In this document: positions 52,689 through 64,000 of the stretch, in pieces | Numbering within the stretch: the first letter of the stretch is position 1 | Layout: the number at the start of each line of letters is the position of its first letter | Origin: Tubiluchus corallicola | Taxonomy: Eukaryota; Animalia; Priapulida | Assembly: GCA_030141605.1 (NCBI GenBank) | Contig: JAQGDQ010000015.1 | Location: 1,116,001 to 1,180,000, forward strand | Direction of reading: 5' to 3' | Length of the DNA: 64,000 bases | The notes under the pieces: model-generated | Told to the model about the DNA's origin: nothing | Seen by the model: only the letters and a program-made list of their open reading frames with translations | Database searches by the model: none | Program-made: the position numbers and the translations under genes

Positions 52689-54814
52689 CTTTATACACAA
52701 CAAAAATTAGGTTAATAAAAAACGTATATAGAATTTTGTTGATAATGTTGTGTTGTTAACTGTCGTGCATACGTTAGAATAGTGAAGTTACGTAGAATGG
52801 CAAGTTGAAATAATTTCTGAACCTTGGTTAGCCTTGACCTAATTGTTGCAATATGATTCACGCTTGCGCCATGCTCTCACAGGCTAGACCAAAAAGCAGT
52901 ACAGTAACTAGGCCTTCTTACAGGGCGTGCTAAAAGAAACAGTGCGGTAGAAAATATGATACGCTGAACTGGACTTCTGCGTAACGACATTATAATGACG
53001 TAAAACTAATAATATAATATTTATTATATTTGGATAATTTTAATTTAAATTAAAAACCAGTTTTTCGCTTGCAGTTTGAAAACTTTTACATTGTTTAGTT
53101 GCTTAGTAATGATTAATGCAACTGTGTTATATCATTGACTCTTATTATATTGCTTAAATGTTAAAAAACCCATCTGTTGCTTAAGCGTCAATTATTTCTC
53201 TTAACCGATATGTTTACAGCATAAGCAAACTACAGTCCAACGCAACAGCAGGACTGAGTGGGTAGACAATTTTGACTACAGATTTCTGACACATGGGCTG
53301 TGTCGCATACGTTGCCCAAATTTCCCCCAAAAGTTCCAAAACGTCGTAAGTTTGGAATGCGGGACAAGTCCGGCCACTGTGTGGGTTGGCGCTCTCATTT
53401 TTAGTTATCGTTGTACCAATAATTGAATATCTATAAAAAAAATTTATTATTGAATATCTGTTTTTTTTATTTTGTACAAACTTGCAACAATGTTTTTTTA
53501 TTTTGCAACAATGGTTTAAGGTGTGTTACTCTTTTTGCGAGGGGAGCAGTGTTGAAACGAGATCCGGGGCAATGAAATAACTGTGCAAAAGAAAATGGCT
53601 TCCGAACACAGTGTGACTTGATAAGGTAGCTCTAATCTAGAATAGCTGAGTGGTCATAATTCTGTTTTGTTAACAGTACTGAAAATGTAAATGAATGTGT
53701 TGACTGTGTAAAATACGTTTCTGGGCGGTTTCATCTGCCATCAGTCAATGCCTATTTCTTTCAAGAAGACAGAGTCATAGGCACCTCTGCTGCCTACTGA
53801 TTCAGGGCATCCTATACGAGTCTTGTTAATTTAACATGTTCCGGACCAGCCACAACCCTTCAACGTTATAACTAGGCCCACTCGTAAAAGGTTAGGTTTC
53901 TTTTCGTATTGTGGAAAGTCTAAGACGTATTTTAGTTAATAACCAAGAAAAATACACTAAGATTTTTCCCGTACATTTTATTGAATTAATCCAGAATTAC
54001 CATTTACTCATAGTCACAAAACTGCTAGTTAAAATTAAATTCGGTAAATTCAAAATAATAATAATTATTATTATTACAATTCTAAACATTAACATTTTCT
54101 GCTCATGTATATGGAATAATACCTCCGTTAATTATATGCTCAAAATAAATACGAAATAAACATGTGCAGAATATCGTGGAGAAAACATTTTAAGACCCAA
54201 AAAAGAGAACCAACTGGGTCAATGAATGATGACACCACAGCACTACACGTAGTTTATTTTAGGAATGGTGGTAAATGGTAAGTTTCATTGAAGAGTACTG
54301 TGTAAGGGTCTGGAAACGAATTAGATGATAAAATGCACTTACAATAATGAAAAAGACGTCAATGCCAACTAGCAGTCTGTCGACTACGTCACAAAGTTGA
54401 TTATTTTTTTCTTTGAATTAAAATGATGTCTCTGGCAAGTGCTTCTAAAATGCAGCTAAAATTGATTGCCTTCAAATAGCTATACTAAGTTATGCTTCGA
54501 ATTGCTTTTATGAAAGTACGCTCATATTTTTAGTTTTAATTGATGTCCATTGTATAACGAATTTTGACTATACATGCACAGTACAATGAGGATCTACAGA
54601 CTTAATAATATTACAACTAATCATTGGACAGTCTAAGCAGCATTCATTTCTAAGATCTAATGATGTGCAAGAAATGACTACTAAAATAATCAATAAACAA
54701 AATGTATAAACACCAAAAGTTGCAAAAATCGTACGTAATTTTTTAATGATAAAAACAATCTCTCTGATAAATAATAGGCCTCCAGTAAGTTTATTCGGCA
54801 CGGTATCCCAATAA

Positions 54815-54900
54815 GAAAATGTAAAAAAGTTAGAACTGAGGCTGGATTTGAGCCTAGTAACCCCCTATTTCAAGTCCGATGCTATGACCGCACAAGTCAT
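54815..54900 (-). mobile_element. Isolated tRNA-derived SINE-like fragment related to the arms of the fold-back element
   Basis: aaatgtaaaaaagttagaactgaggctggatttgagcc resembles the left arms at 7395-7432 and 9426-9463. The minus strand has B-box-like GGCTCAAATCC. Confidence 0.35.
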
Positions 54901-57402
54901 TGTGATCATAATAGACTTCAACTGAACTTAACAGCACACCCTCCAACATTTCCAAGTGTTAGTATACTTACCATAATTATTAACTAATTAATGTTTTTTT
55001 CTGTAATTAATTCAGACGTTGGAATAACCACTGGTTATTTATAATTTTAACTGCAATTTGGCATGCAGTGCCCATAATGATGCACGCGAACTTCGTTTTA
55101 TTACAGTGCAGTTCTATACGTTAATAACTATTCTATATATAGTAAGTGTTCCTTACAATGCAGTAATCACTATACTTTAAATTTCAAAGAACGCATTTGA
55201 TTCTATTGATCACTATACCTGAAATTTCGAAATGCATATCTGGCAACAAAATATTCTGCCAAAGTTCAAAATAAACACGCAACTACGCAATTTTCTTACA
55301 AGTGGCAGTAGGAAGCCACATCAAATAAACGTAGTCAAAGTCTTATTATTATCAGAGAGCTTATTTAAAAATAGCTAGCGTATTTGTAAACAATAACGGT
55401 TTTACTAATTATTTGCTGATACTTTGTCAGAGAACACATTACCTGTTGAACAAACATACTTAGTTTTAGCTGTAAAACTAAAATCGGAAGATTTAGAACG
55501 AAGAACTAATGTAAGAGTACACACTGCACACCAATTCTTACAATTTTACATTACAGTATTAGTCATTACTAGAAGTTGTAGTCCATATATATTTCCGTAG
55601 TTTGAAACATAATATTCCCATTTCTATATTCAAACTAATGAAACAAAACAATTATTATATTAATGTATCAGTTAAAATATTAAGCCTATATCACTTTTAA
55701 ATAGATAGTGTAAGTAATCAATACACAAAAAATACTTCCACTTTTATGAAAAAATACTTGATACCTTGCAAAATAACGCTTCTAGTTATTTGTTGTATAT
55801 AATATAGAGTATATATGGCTCAAAAATGACAGCACCTGCCTATACTACTTATAAAATTTTAATTACTAGCATAACCGTGCAGGTTTAGTATTAGATCACA
55901 TACCAGATTTTTATTCATAATTTGCATGAAAATGTAGTACAGTGCTCAACTGTATATGCGTCAATTAGTAGTTAACACAATCTAGAGAATGCCGAATGCT
56001 GTTATTATAATATGCAATAACAATTATTATCAGCCTAAAGTATGGTATTTTGATTGATTAGGAGTGGTCTGTTCAAAAATGCTATGAAAATAATTTTTAA
56101 TACAATGTATACAAGTCAAGCAAAAGGCATATAAAGTATAATGAATTTTAAAGCTACTTCAACAGATGAATAGTTAATGACACTGTCAGAACATAAAATA
56201 GAAAATTCAATGTGAAAATTTTTAAGTTTTAAGTAACTTAAAACTTCAAAATAGCAGCACTGAGGAACAAAACATAACTACACAAACATTAAACTTAGTT
56301 CCTTTTCAAGCTATTAACAGGTGCGGTACCAGTACCGTCAAATTAGGTGCAAATAATACTTTGTTAGGCTTTTACTTGGTCAAGTGCAAAAAAGACAATG
56401 ACAGCATGGGTACATGAAATTATAAATACCTTTTTAAAGTCAAATGAGACTTGCAATTAAAATCAGTCAGAAAATGTCATACATTTCCAAAGATCCAAAG
56501 AGATAATACAAAGCAGCTAACGAGTTTAGCACGATAACACTCATTAAATACAACTATATTATACAATTAATAATAACTAATAATAACAATGATCATAATT
56601 CAAATATCAACAAATTTGATTTACTTGTGCCAGATAACAACTAAAATCACAAGTGACTGGTGACAGTGTCATTTAACATATTCACAAATTTTATTGCATA
56701 TTAGTGCTAATTATATCTCTATCATTTTAATAATATGTACAGGCAATATGCGTCACATTATTTACATGAATATTACACACGACTAAAAAGTATACTGGAA
56801 TATGTTCAACTTTTCAAATTATTTCTTAGAAGCACATATTATTGACATGAGATAATGCTCATGTTTTGTCACATGCTCACAGGTATTAATAGGTTGCCAA
56901 AAAGTAAACTTGTAAGCAAAATAAAATACATTCTGGTAAAGAACATTCATTAGTGAGTATGCCTAGTTCAGAATTTGTGATTATGCTGATATTTTTCTTA
57001 TTTTGCCACTTTTCTACTAACTCACTAACACAATATTGCCCAATTATGACCACCAAAAAACTATGCAGAAGAGCATTTTAGTAAATTAGCTAGAATCTGC
57101 TATAATAGCTTCTACCACTAAATATTGCACCTTTTTATATACAAAATATATTACTTATACAATAATACAAGTATTGTAGGAAAACCACAAACATACCATA
57201 AAACAAAGTAGCGTGTGTGATTGCAGTGTATTTTGGATATGAACGGCATATGTAAGAGGTACAAAAAATATAAGCCAGTCAGTTATTCAGTTGAGATGAG
57301 GGTACCACTGGAATGTGTTGAAAATCAGTAAAATAAACAACTTTTATTTGATAGATATGAAATATGTTGGCTCCCACAAATGCAGAAATAACAAATAACA
57401 TT

Positions 57403-57471
57403 TTAATTCTTCGTTAACATTTTGCTGGCGCGTTCGTTTGCAGCTTGTATGCGGGTACCCACCAATTTGCC
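57403..57471 (-). CDS. SNAP25: SNAP-25 alternative last exon B ([22 protein letters not shown])
   Basis: Acceptor ttttctttctttcacag, phase 0, 69 nt including the stop; AATAAA at 57343-57348 and further ones downstream. Confidence 0.88.
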   Translation of the reverse strand, partial: GKLVGTRIQAANERASKMLTKN

Positions 57472-60400
57472 CTGTGAAAGAAAGAAAATAGAGTTACTAC
57501 AGCAAATCAGATTGTCAAAAGCAAACAATTTGAAAATAAAAGTCTTAAAACCCTTTCTTACTATTACAACATTTACAATTCAAAGTGCTTTACAAATACA
57601 AGATCAAAAGCCAAATTTATAAAAAGGCAGCTTAATCACAACTTAGTGACTTGTATTGACCAACAAGAAGACAAATACAGAGCGAGCCATGTAAAATGGC
57701 AACAAAAAAAAACCCTAGCCATATTGCATTTGACTTACACTTGCTAGTGTTTCTCACACAATACGTTATTACATAATGCAACGTATTTCTCACATTGTTT
57801 GTTAAACTAAGGTAAACATAGAAATAAACTAACTAGCAAAAACTAACATTGTAACACATCACGTAAAGTATTAATTACTCTAACGTGTACATTAATGGTG
57901 CAAATAGGTATAGCAATTTTCAAAAATTAATGGCATTTTTTACAAAACTACACGTTAGTGTTGCCACACATTTATTCACGTCATAGATTCTGACACTTCA
58001 TAGGTCATAAGAATCTCTGCATTAAAGGCAAGCGGTAACCATACGTCATTGGGTTTCGGAGCTTAACTGGACCATTCATATAGCACCCCCATAGCCTAGC
58101 TGTTAGTTGGCTATTTCGTTATTTTGCTAGTCATAATCCAACAGTTTTGTTAAGCTTCAAAGCACCAAGAAGCATAGTAACTGCTGATGAGCACTTGCTT
58201 TAACACAGAGGTTCTTATGAATTAGTTTTATTGCCTGCAAGATGTTTCACTTCATGGATTCACATGAGCACTGGTCAACTCAGTATATGCACAAACTTAG
58301 TATTAGTCAGTCAAACTGAAGAATAAATCATGAAGTCTGTTCAAAGAAATTCTAGAAATGTTTACTAATTTAACCAAGCCAGTCGAAAAAGTTTTTAATT
58401 ACTGCACACATACATTATTTAGTCTTTGAGTAATTTGTTCGCCCGCACATTTGCAGTCTCTATACGGTTGGAAACTAGCTTGCCCTAAAAGAACAAAACA
58501 AGAACTTGCTATGATGCACATGCAGTTATTTAAAATCATGCATCTCTACAAATTTGAAGTGTAAGTATGCTCAAATTGCACTAACAGTGAACTGAATGCA
58601 CAGAAAATCTAAAAAATGCTGTGCAAACTGCACTTCTAACACAATATGTTCGACAAATAGTGCACTTGGAAACTGTTCGAAGATATGATTACAGTGCTGA
58701 ACTGATGATATAACTATATGCAAGTGATGAACCAAAAAGGGACTATGTATAAAGTGAAAATAAATCAAATGTATCAGTCTTCAGAATGACGTGTGAACTT
58801 GGTATAAAATCCACTTTTTATGTTGCATATCTTACCATAATAGTGGTTAGTTATTCAAAAAAGTGTACATTTGATTGGAATACTAGAGTTTATTCTGACA
58901 AGTAAGCTCCCAATCAAATCTTTCTATAGTCCCCTTTTGATCTTTTGTCTCACAACACATTATGAGTATAATCTAAAATGCTTCTAACGATTGATATGTA
59001 GCACAACTACTATCTTTAACTGATGCCTGTGTATTTATAAGAGCGTGAGCGTGACTGCACACAACAACAACGACTAAACAACAGATTATAGATATAAATA
59101 TTGTGCCTAAAGTGACACTACCACTAAATGGCAATTGTGCTTGACTATAAATACCTTCTGGTTGATTCTGTCTAACTGTTTGTTTTGGGTGTCGATTTCA
59201 CCACCCATGTCGATCGCCATATTGCGTAGATTGCCCACCATTCCTGCCACCTGGCCGATGTTTTCCTCCATCTCGTCTTCACGAGCATCATTCGTTATTC
59301 TGAAAAAAAGGTAATACCATACATATTTAATTAAAGACAATTTTTTCAGATTATCAACAAGTTCATCAGCAGCTCTGTTGTTGCAGTAGTTGGACAAGTA
59401 TGGAATTGAAAGCGTCCAGTAAAATAATATGATCTGACTGCGAGAACAGGCTATGAATTATCAAATGCCGATTACTTCTACAGAAGGAGAACGATTTTAG
59501 TGCAGAAAATAGGGCAGTGAGTGGACTTATAATGCAGTGCTATTCAATACTCGATAATTTAAATCTAAGAGTCCGAATACTTTATAGATCGAAAATAAAT
59601 AACAAGCTCATTAACTCCACTTGAGTTATTCAATTCTTCTTAACTACTGCTTACAGGTCTTTTAACTTAATGTACAAAAGAAATGCATATAGCTTTCAAG
59701 TGATTGTGAACCCATTTAGTTGCTGGTGTAATATGCATGGTTTGGAAAAATTAACCTCACTCTTGGCTGCACTTTCTGTTCTACCGAGACTTACAACTTC
59801 ATAAATACATTGTTTGTCGTAGCAAGGATGTGGCCAGTGACAAAAAAATTCCCAAGACTTTTATCTTAAGAAGTCTTTTGGTTTTGCTACAGAGTTGCAA
59901 TTTGAGGATGTTGATGCAAAATATTGGTACCCTAGCCAGATACCAACTACCTCAAGCATGTACCATGTGACTGCTACCACTTGACTGGAAATCTCTACAG
60001 TACAAATGGTGGCCTGAGCTTTGCATTCAGAACTTAATAAATGTAAGTATCAAATTAAATAGCTTGGCTGTTATTAATACAGATGTCCTTACTTAAATAG
60101 CATGATGCTCTTACCTAAATAGTATGACAAAATAGCAGATGCAGTTCGGGTAAATAAACATCTATTTTAATAACAACAACAAAAGTGTGACGTTGTCCAT
60201 GTACATCAATAACCCTTGATCTTTTTTCTATCATCATTAATCACTGGAACTCTGAAAAGGCTTATTTATACATGGTAGTAATATCAGTACTGCTTGTAAA
60301 TGTCACCTTGTAATGTATCCACCAGTTGGGCCCATGCCATTGCGATCATCACCAACTCTGACAACTGGCTGACCAGAAACGACACCATCTTGATCTTTCT

Positions 60401-63400
60401 TCCACGTATCAGCATATTCTTTGCTTTTTTCAATATCTTTTCCCCTGTAAAATTATCAACATGAATATATGGTTAAACCCAGTCAACATGTCAAAAAAAG
60501 CAAGACAAAATGATGACAAAACAATATTTACAGCCCGAGTTAAAGATTGATTGGAAAAACATGATGCGCAGAACTGTTTTAGTAGGTATGTAGGTCTAGA
60601 TAAATGAGTTAATAAATCTAGAGTCCATCTATTTGCCAAACTGCTCATGTTTTCTGTATGTACACAATTGCCCAAATCAGACAAGTCTTCAAGCAAGGAA
60701 TTACTGTTAACCATAATCGTAATTTTTTTCTTAATAAAAATTTCAGTAAAATTTAGGGTGATACCAGGTTTAGGGCGATCTAAAGTGTTTACAGTTTTAC
60801 ATGTCTCATAACTTGCACATCTATGTTAAACTCCAAGTTAAAAAATGTTTATTAAACTCCTGGCATTGCCACACTTTTCACTAATAACAAAATTGAAGCC
60901 AAGTTGCTATAAATGTCATTTCGTCATTTAAAGTAAATCGAACCGAACGTAATTGCCCGTTCTTTGTTTCCGTAGTCTTTAATTGTGTCAAAGCTTTACA
61001 ATTTCAAGTTCAATAGACCTTTTTGCGACGACTTAGTCATCACGTAGCACAGTCTAAAAATAATGATGCCATAGCAGTTTAGTTGTTCGGTAGCTGTAGT
61101 GTAATTAGAACATTCTTGGGCTAATAGAGCATATTCCTTGTTATTAAATACAATTCACAAATGACATTTAGCAACTTAAATACAGCATGAAATCAGGCTT
61201 AGCTTAAAATTAGCAGAACTGGATAAGAGACAATCAGAAAAGCAAAGTTTATTTCCTTATACATTTAGAAACCTCCATTAACGAATAGATAATTCTGGCA
61301 TTGTCACAAAGATGCAAATAAGGCCAGACTACAATCTGCAAATGTCACAGCCAAGATTGAAACTTATTTGTTGTATGCCAAATTTCTCTCAATCCAGGAT
61401 GTCGTACGATATAATTATTAGAAACTCTGGATTTCACATTTAGGCATTAATTATTAATGGCACGGAAAAGCTTTCCAGCTTACACTGTAACGCTCGCTAA
61501 TGGCCACTCTAACTCTATTTCGCAAATCAACAGTAGCGCTGATATGAATTAGGAAGGTTGTAAATTAGTAGTAGACACAGACCTCGCGCAGAGTGTTACG
61601 ACGTGAGGGCCCTGAAGAGACTAAATTAGCTTTATTGAGATTCAAAAATCAGAAACTGCATTTTGTTCACCGTTATTATATAACAACATGTAAGGCTTCT
61701 CAGTATAGCTCATGGAAATTATCCAACCGACAAAAAGAAGCTGAAGTCTATGATTTGTAGGGATGCCTGAAGATAAATTGAAAGTCTTATCCTATCTGTA
61801 AGAGAAGCTGTATTCAGTAGATAATCCTTACAAATGTTTGTACAAGATCATTTACTAGCTCAGGGTTTAGAGGGTTAAGGTCAAACAGTTAAAGCAAACT
61901 TCAACAACCAACATACAACTGCCACTTTCTAAGATTTCATATGAGTTGCACTCAAACACAAAAATCCAAATCCAAGACAATCGTAATATTCGATTTAATT
62001 TTGATTTTATCAAGTTGTAGCTAAGCCTAAAAACAAATATAATTATGAAATGATCTTCATGAACAGACTTTTCATCATTGCTCATTTGCTTTGTTCTGGT
62101 TACATTATGGAAGCCAGTGAAGTTTATGTAGCCTCAGATCAATAAGGTATTGGGTTGCAAGATCCAGTGGCAGTTTGTTAAGCTTTTAGGGGCACTTTCA
62201 AGAGATTATTTATAATGGGTTTTTCTTTAAATACATCTCTGCTCCTAAAATAGCTGAAAAGCTTCCGCTGTTACTTTGAAGTGTGAAAGGGATGACATTT
62301 GAAAGGTTGGGGATTGCATCGCTCAGTTGTTGGAGTTAACGAAGCCCTGTATATACTGAGAGTGAAATTTTTTTAATGAAGCATGATTGCACAAAGGAAT
62401 TAACCAAATTAAACTATAAACCAAGTTATTACTGTATATACAGGGTGTTCCAAAAGAAACAGTGCACTGTCCAAGTGTAGTCGTACCATGTTATGTGGTA
62501 GGAAAATAGGAATTAGACACAATATTATTTTTAGGTCAGTTTCTTACCACAATCCAGAAGTCCAAGTTTTGAAACATTTTCTTCTGCATATCAGTATATT
62601 TCTACAGCACTGTTTGTTTTGAAATCACCAGCATATACTATATGGGAACTTAGGAATAAAACACTGCATGCCAGCAGATCAAGCTTAGCAGCAGAAGTAT
62701 GAGAATATGTTAAATAAGATGTGACCAAAAGTAGCATAAACACATATCCTATCAAGAACCATTACGATTAACAGCTTTGCAAACGAAATGTCATTGCTGG
62801 TTTCCTAGCTACTTGAAGCATTATGTGAGGCCAGCTTTTACATTGGCCAGGGTGGTACAATCCATTACAGCTTGACTAATACATACATGCTCAGCTAAGC
62901 CACTACAAACACCTTGTTTGCATTTGGATTGTATACTCAGGTACACTTACTTCATGCATGGGCAAACAAATAACCCACAGCACTTTTCCATGCCTGTAAG
63001 ATTCTTTTCCGCCTCTCTCATGTCCTGATTGATCTGATCCATACCCTCCTCCACTCGATCCAATTGTTCTGGAAAAAAATCAAGTATCCTTATTATCCTT
63101 TTTCAAATCATTGCAGTTCTGATGGCACAGCTTTGGGAATACCCAATTTGATTCAAACAGCAGCATCGATGTAACTGAACTTACAATTTCACCTATGACT
63201 ATAATCACATCAATCTCTATTTGCAAGTAGTATTGAGAAAATAAACATAAAGTTTAACCCTATGGCCTATGGACTCTAATAAGTATTTTGTTTCAAAAAA
63301 TAATTTTTCCCATAGATTTAGCTTACTATTATAGACTTATTTGTGGACACAATGTTGCAGAATTTTTCTTTGTCTGTTTTGTGAAAAATGAGATTGCCAT

Positions 63401-63993
63401 CAATGACATAATGTTTGTTAGAGCCAAACGGTGGATGGGTAAGTCACTAGCACACAAAATGAAAATGTGATCCATGCAAATATTTGCACAACAAAGTGCT
63501 TGTACAGAGACTTTCTAACATTTTAATTTTATGGACATAAAGAATATAATCCTCCAAATCTAATATCAAAATCTGGATATGCTACAAAAAAGAAACACAC
63601 ATTATGATGCATATAAAATGACTAAGTTCATGCAAAAGAAAATGCACATCAAGAAAAATTTACAAATTCTGTAGATCCCTGCAAAATTTACAACACTGGA
63701 AGAATGTACAATTTGTGCACATCACCATAGAATGTAAAATCATCAAGGGGATTTACAAATTTTGTAGATCAGTATAACACGTACATCATTAAACAGAAAT
63801 TTACAGTTTTGTAAATCACCAAAAAATGTGCAATCATCAAGAGAGTTTACAAATTTTGTAGACCAACACAATGTACAAGCATTAAGAGAAATCTGTAAGT
63901 ATTGTAAATCCTCTTGAAAAAGAAAAAGAAGAGTGAAAACTCACCCCCTTGCTGGTCCAGCTTTACAAGTGTTTTGACACCAGCTTCTTGGGC
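57403..63993 (-). CDS. SNAP25: SNAP-25 (Qbc t-SNARE), 5'-partial
   Basis: Exons 63993-63945 (49 nt, [16 protein letters not shown]), 63068-62951 (118 nt, [40 protein letters not shown]), 60444-60307 (linker), 59299-59155 (145 nt, [42 protein letters not shown]), then last exon 58484-58419 or 57471-57403. Sizes 49/118/145 match human SNAP25 exons 4/5/7 as I recall them. Confidence 0.96.
58419..58484 (-). CDS. SNAP25: SNAP-25 alternative last exon A ([21 protein letters not shown])
   Basis: Acceptor tgttttgttcttttag, phase 0, 66 nt including the stop; downstream AATAAA (tttatt at 57971-57976). Confidence 0.88.
   Translation of the reverse strand, partial: GKLVSNRIETANVRANKLLKD
62441..62633. 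mobile_element. Small Tc1/mariner-type MITE in a SNAP-25 intron
   Basis: The left end TA-CAGGGTGTTCCAAAAGAAACAGTGC is an imperfect inverted repeat of the right end GCACTGTTTGTTTTGAAATCACCAGCA-TA; TA on both flanks. Confidence 0.5.
63640..63912. repeat. Degenerate minisatellite, ~45-50 bp unit, ~6 copies, in a SNAP-25 intron
   Basis: Recurrent aatgtacaatcatcaagagaaatttacaaattttgtagatc-like units. Confidence 0.75.
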
Positions 63994-64000
63994 CTAATAA

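Noticed and set aside
52830-52930. Xenobiotic-response elements upstream of the CYP gene (TGACCT, TTGCAAT, GCGTG)
   Set aside because: They are short half-sites expected by chance, there is no full TNGCGTG, and the transcription start is unknown.
63640-63912. CRISPR-like array
   Set aside because: The units are degenerate tandem repeats without unique spacers, in a eukaryotic intron with no cas genes.
60445-63944. Vertebrate-style duplicated SNAP-25 exon 5a/5b
   Set aside because: I found only one Cys-cluster exon by eye; a tblastn search should confirm.

Overview
AT-rich invertebrate animal genomic DNA with spliced genes; most short ORFs in the track are noise. All gene models were built by hand from GT-AG sites, exon phase and protein motifs. 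(1) A large + strand locus (about 4.7/5.3-39.4 kb) encodes an N-terminal NAV/DIXDC1-type calponin-homology (CH) domain split by an 18-kb intron, a PPxY motif, a conserved coiled-coil block and a C-terminal SAM domain; one internal junction is unresolved. (2) NTPCR, 5 coding exons, minus strand. (3) A decayed APE+RT LINE of the CR1/L2 group. (4) A complete 6-exon CYP2-clan P450, minus strand. (5) SNAP-25, minus strand, 5' end outside the window. The main highlights are two tandem-duplicated, mutually exclusive last coding exons in SNAP-25, and three copies of a ~350-400 bp fold-back element whose inverted arms derive from tRNA-Thr(UGU). The organism cannot be identified from the sequence, and no database searches were run.
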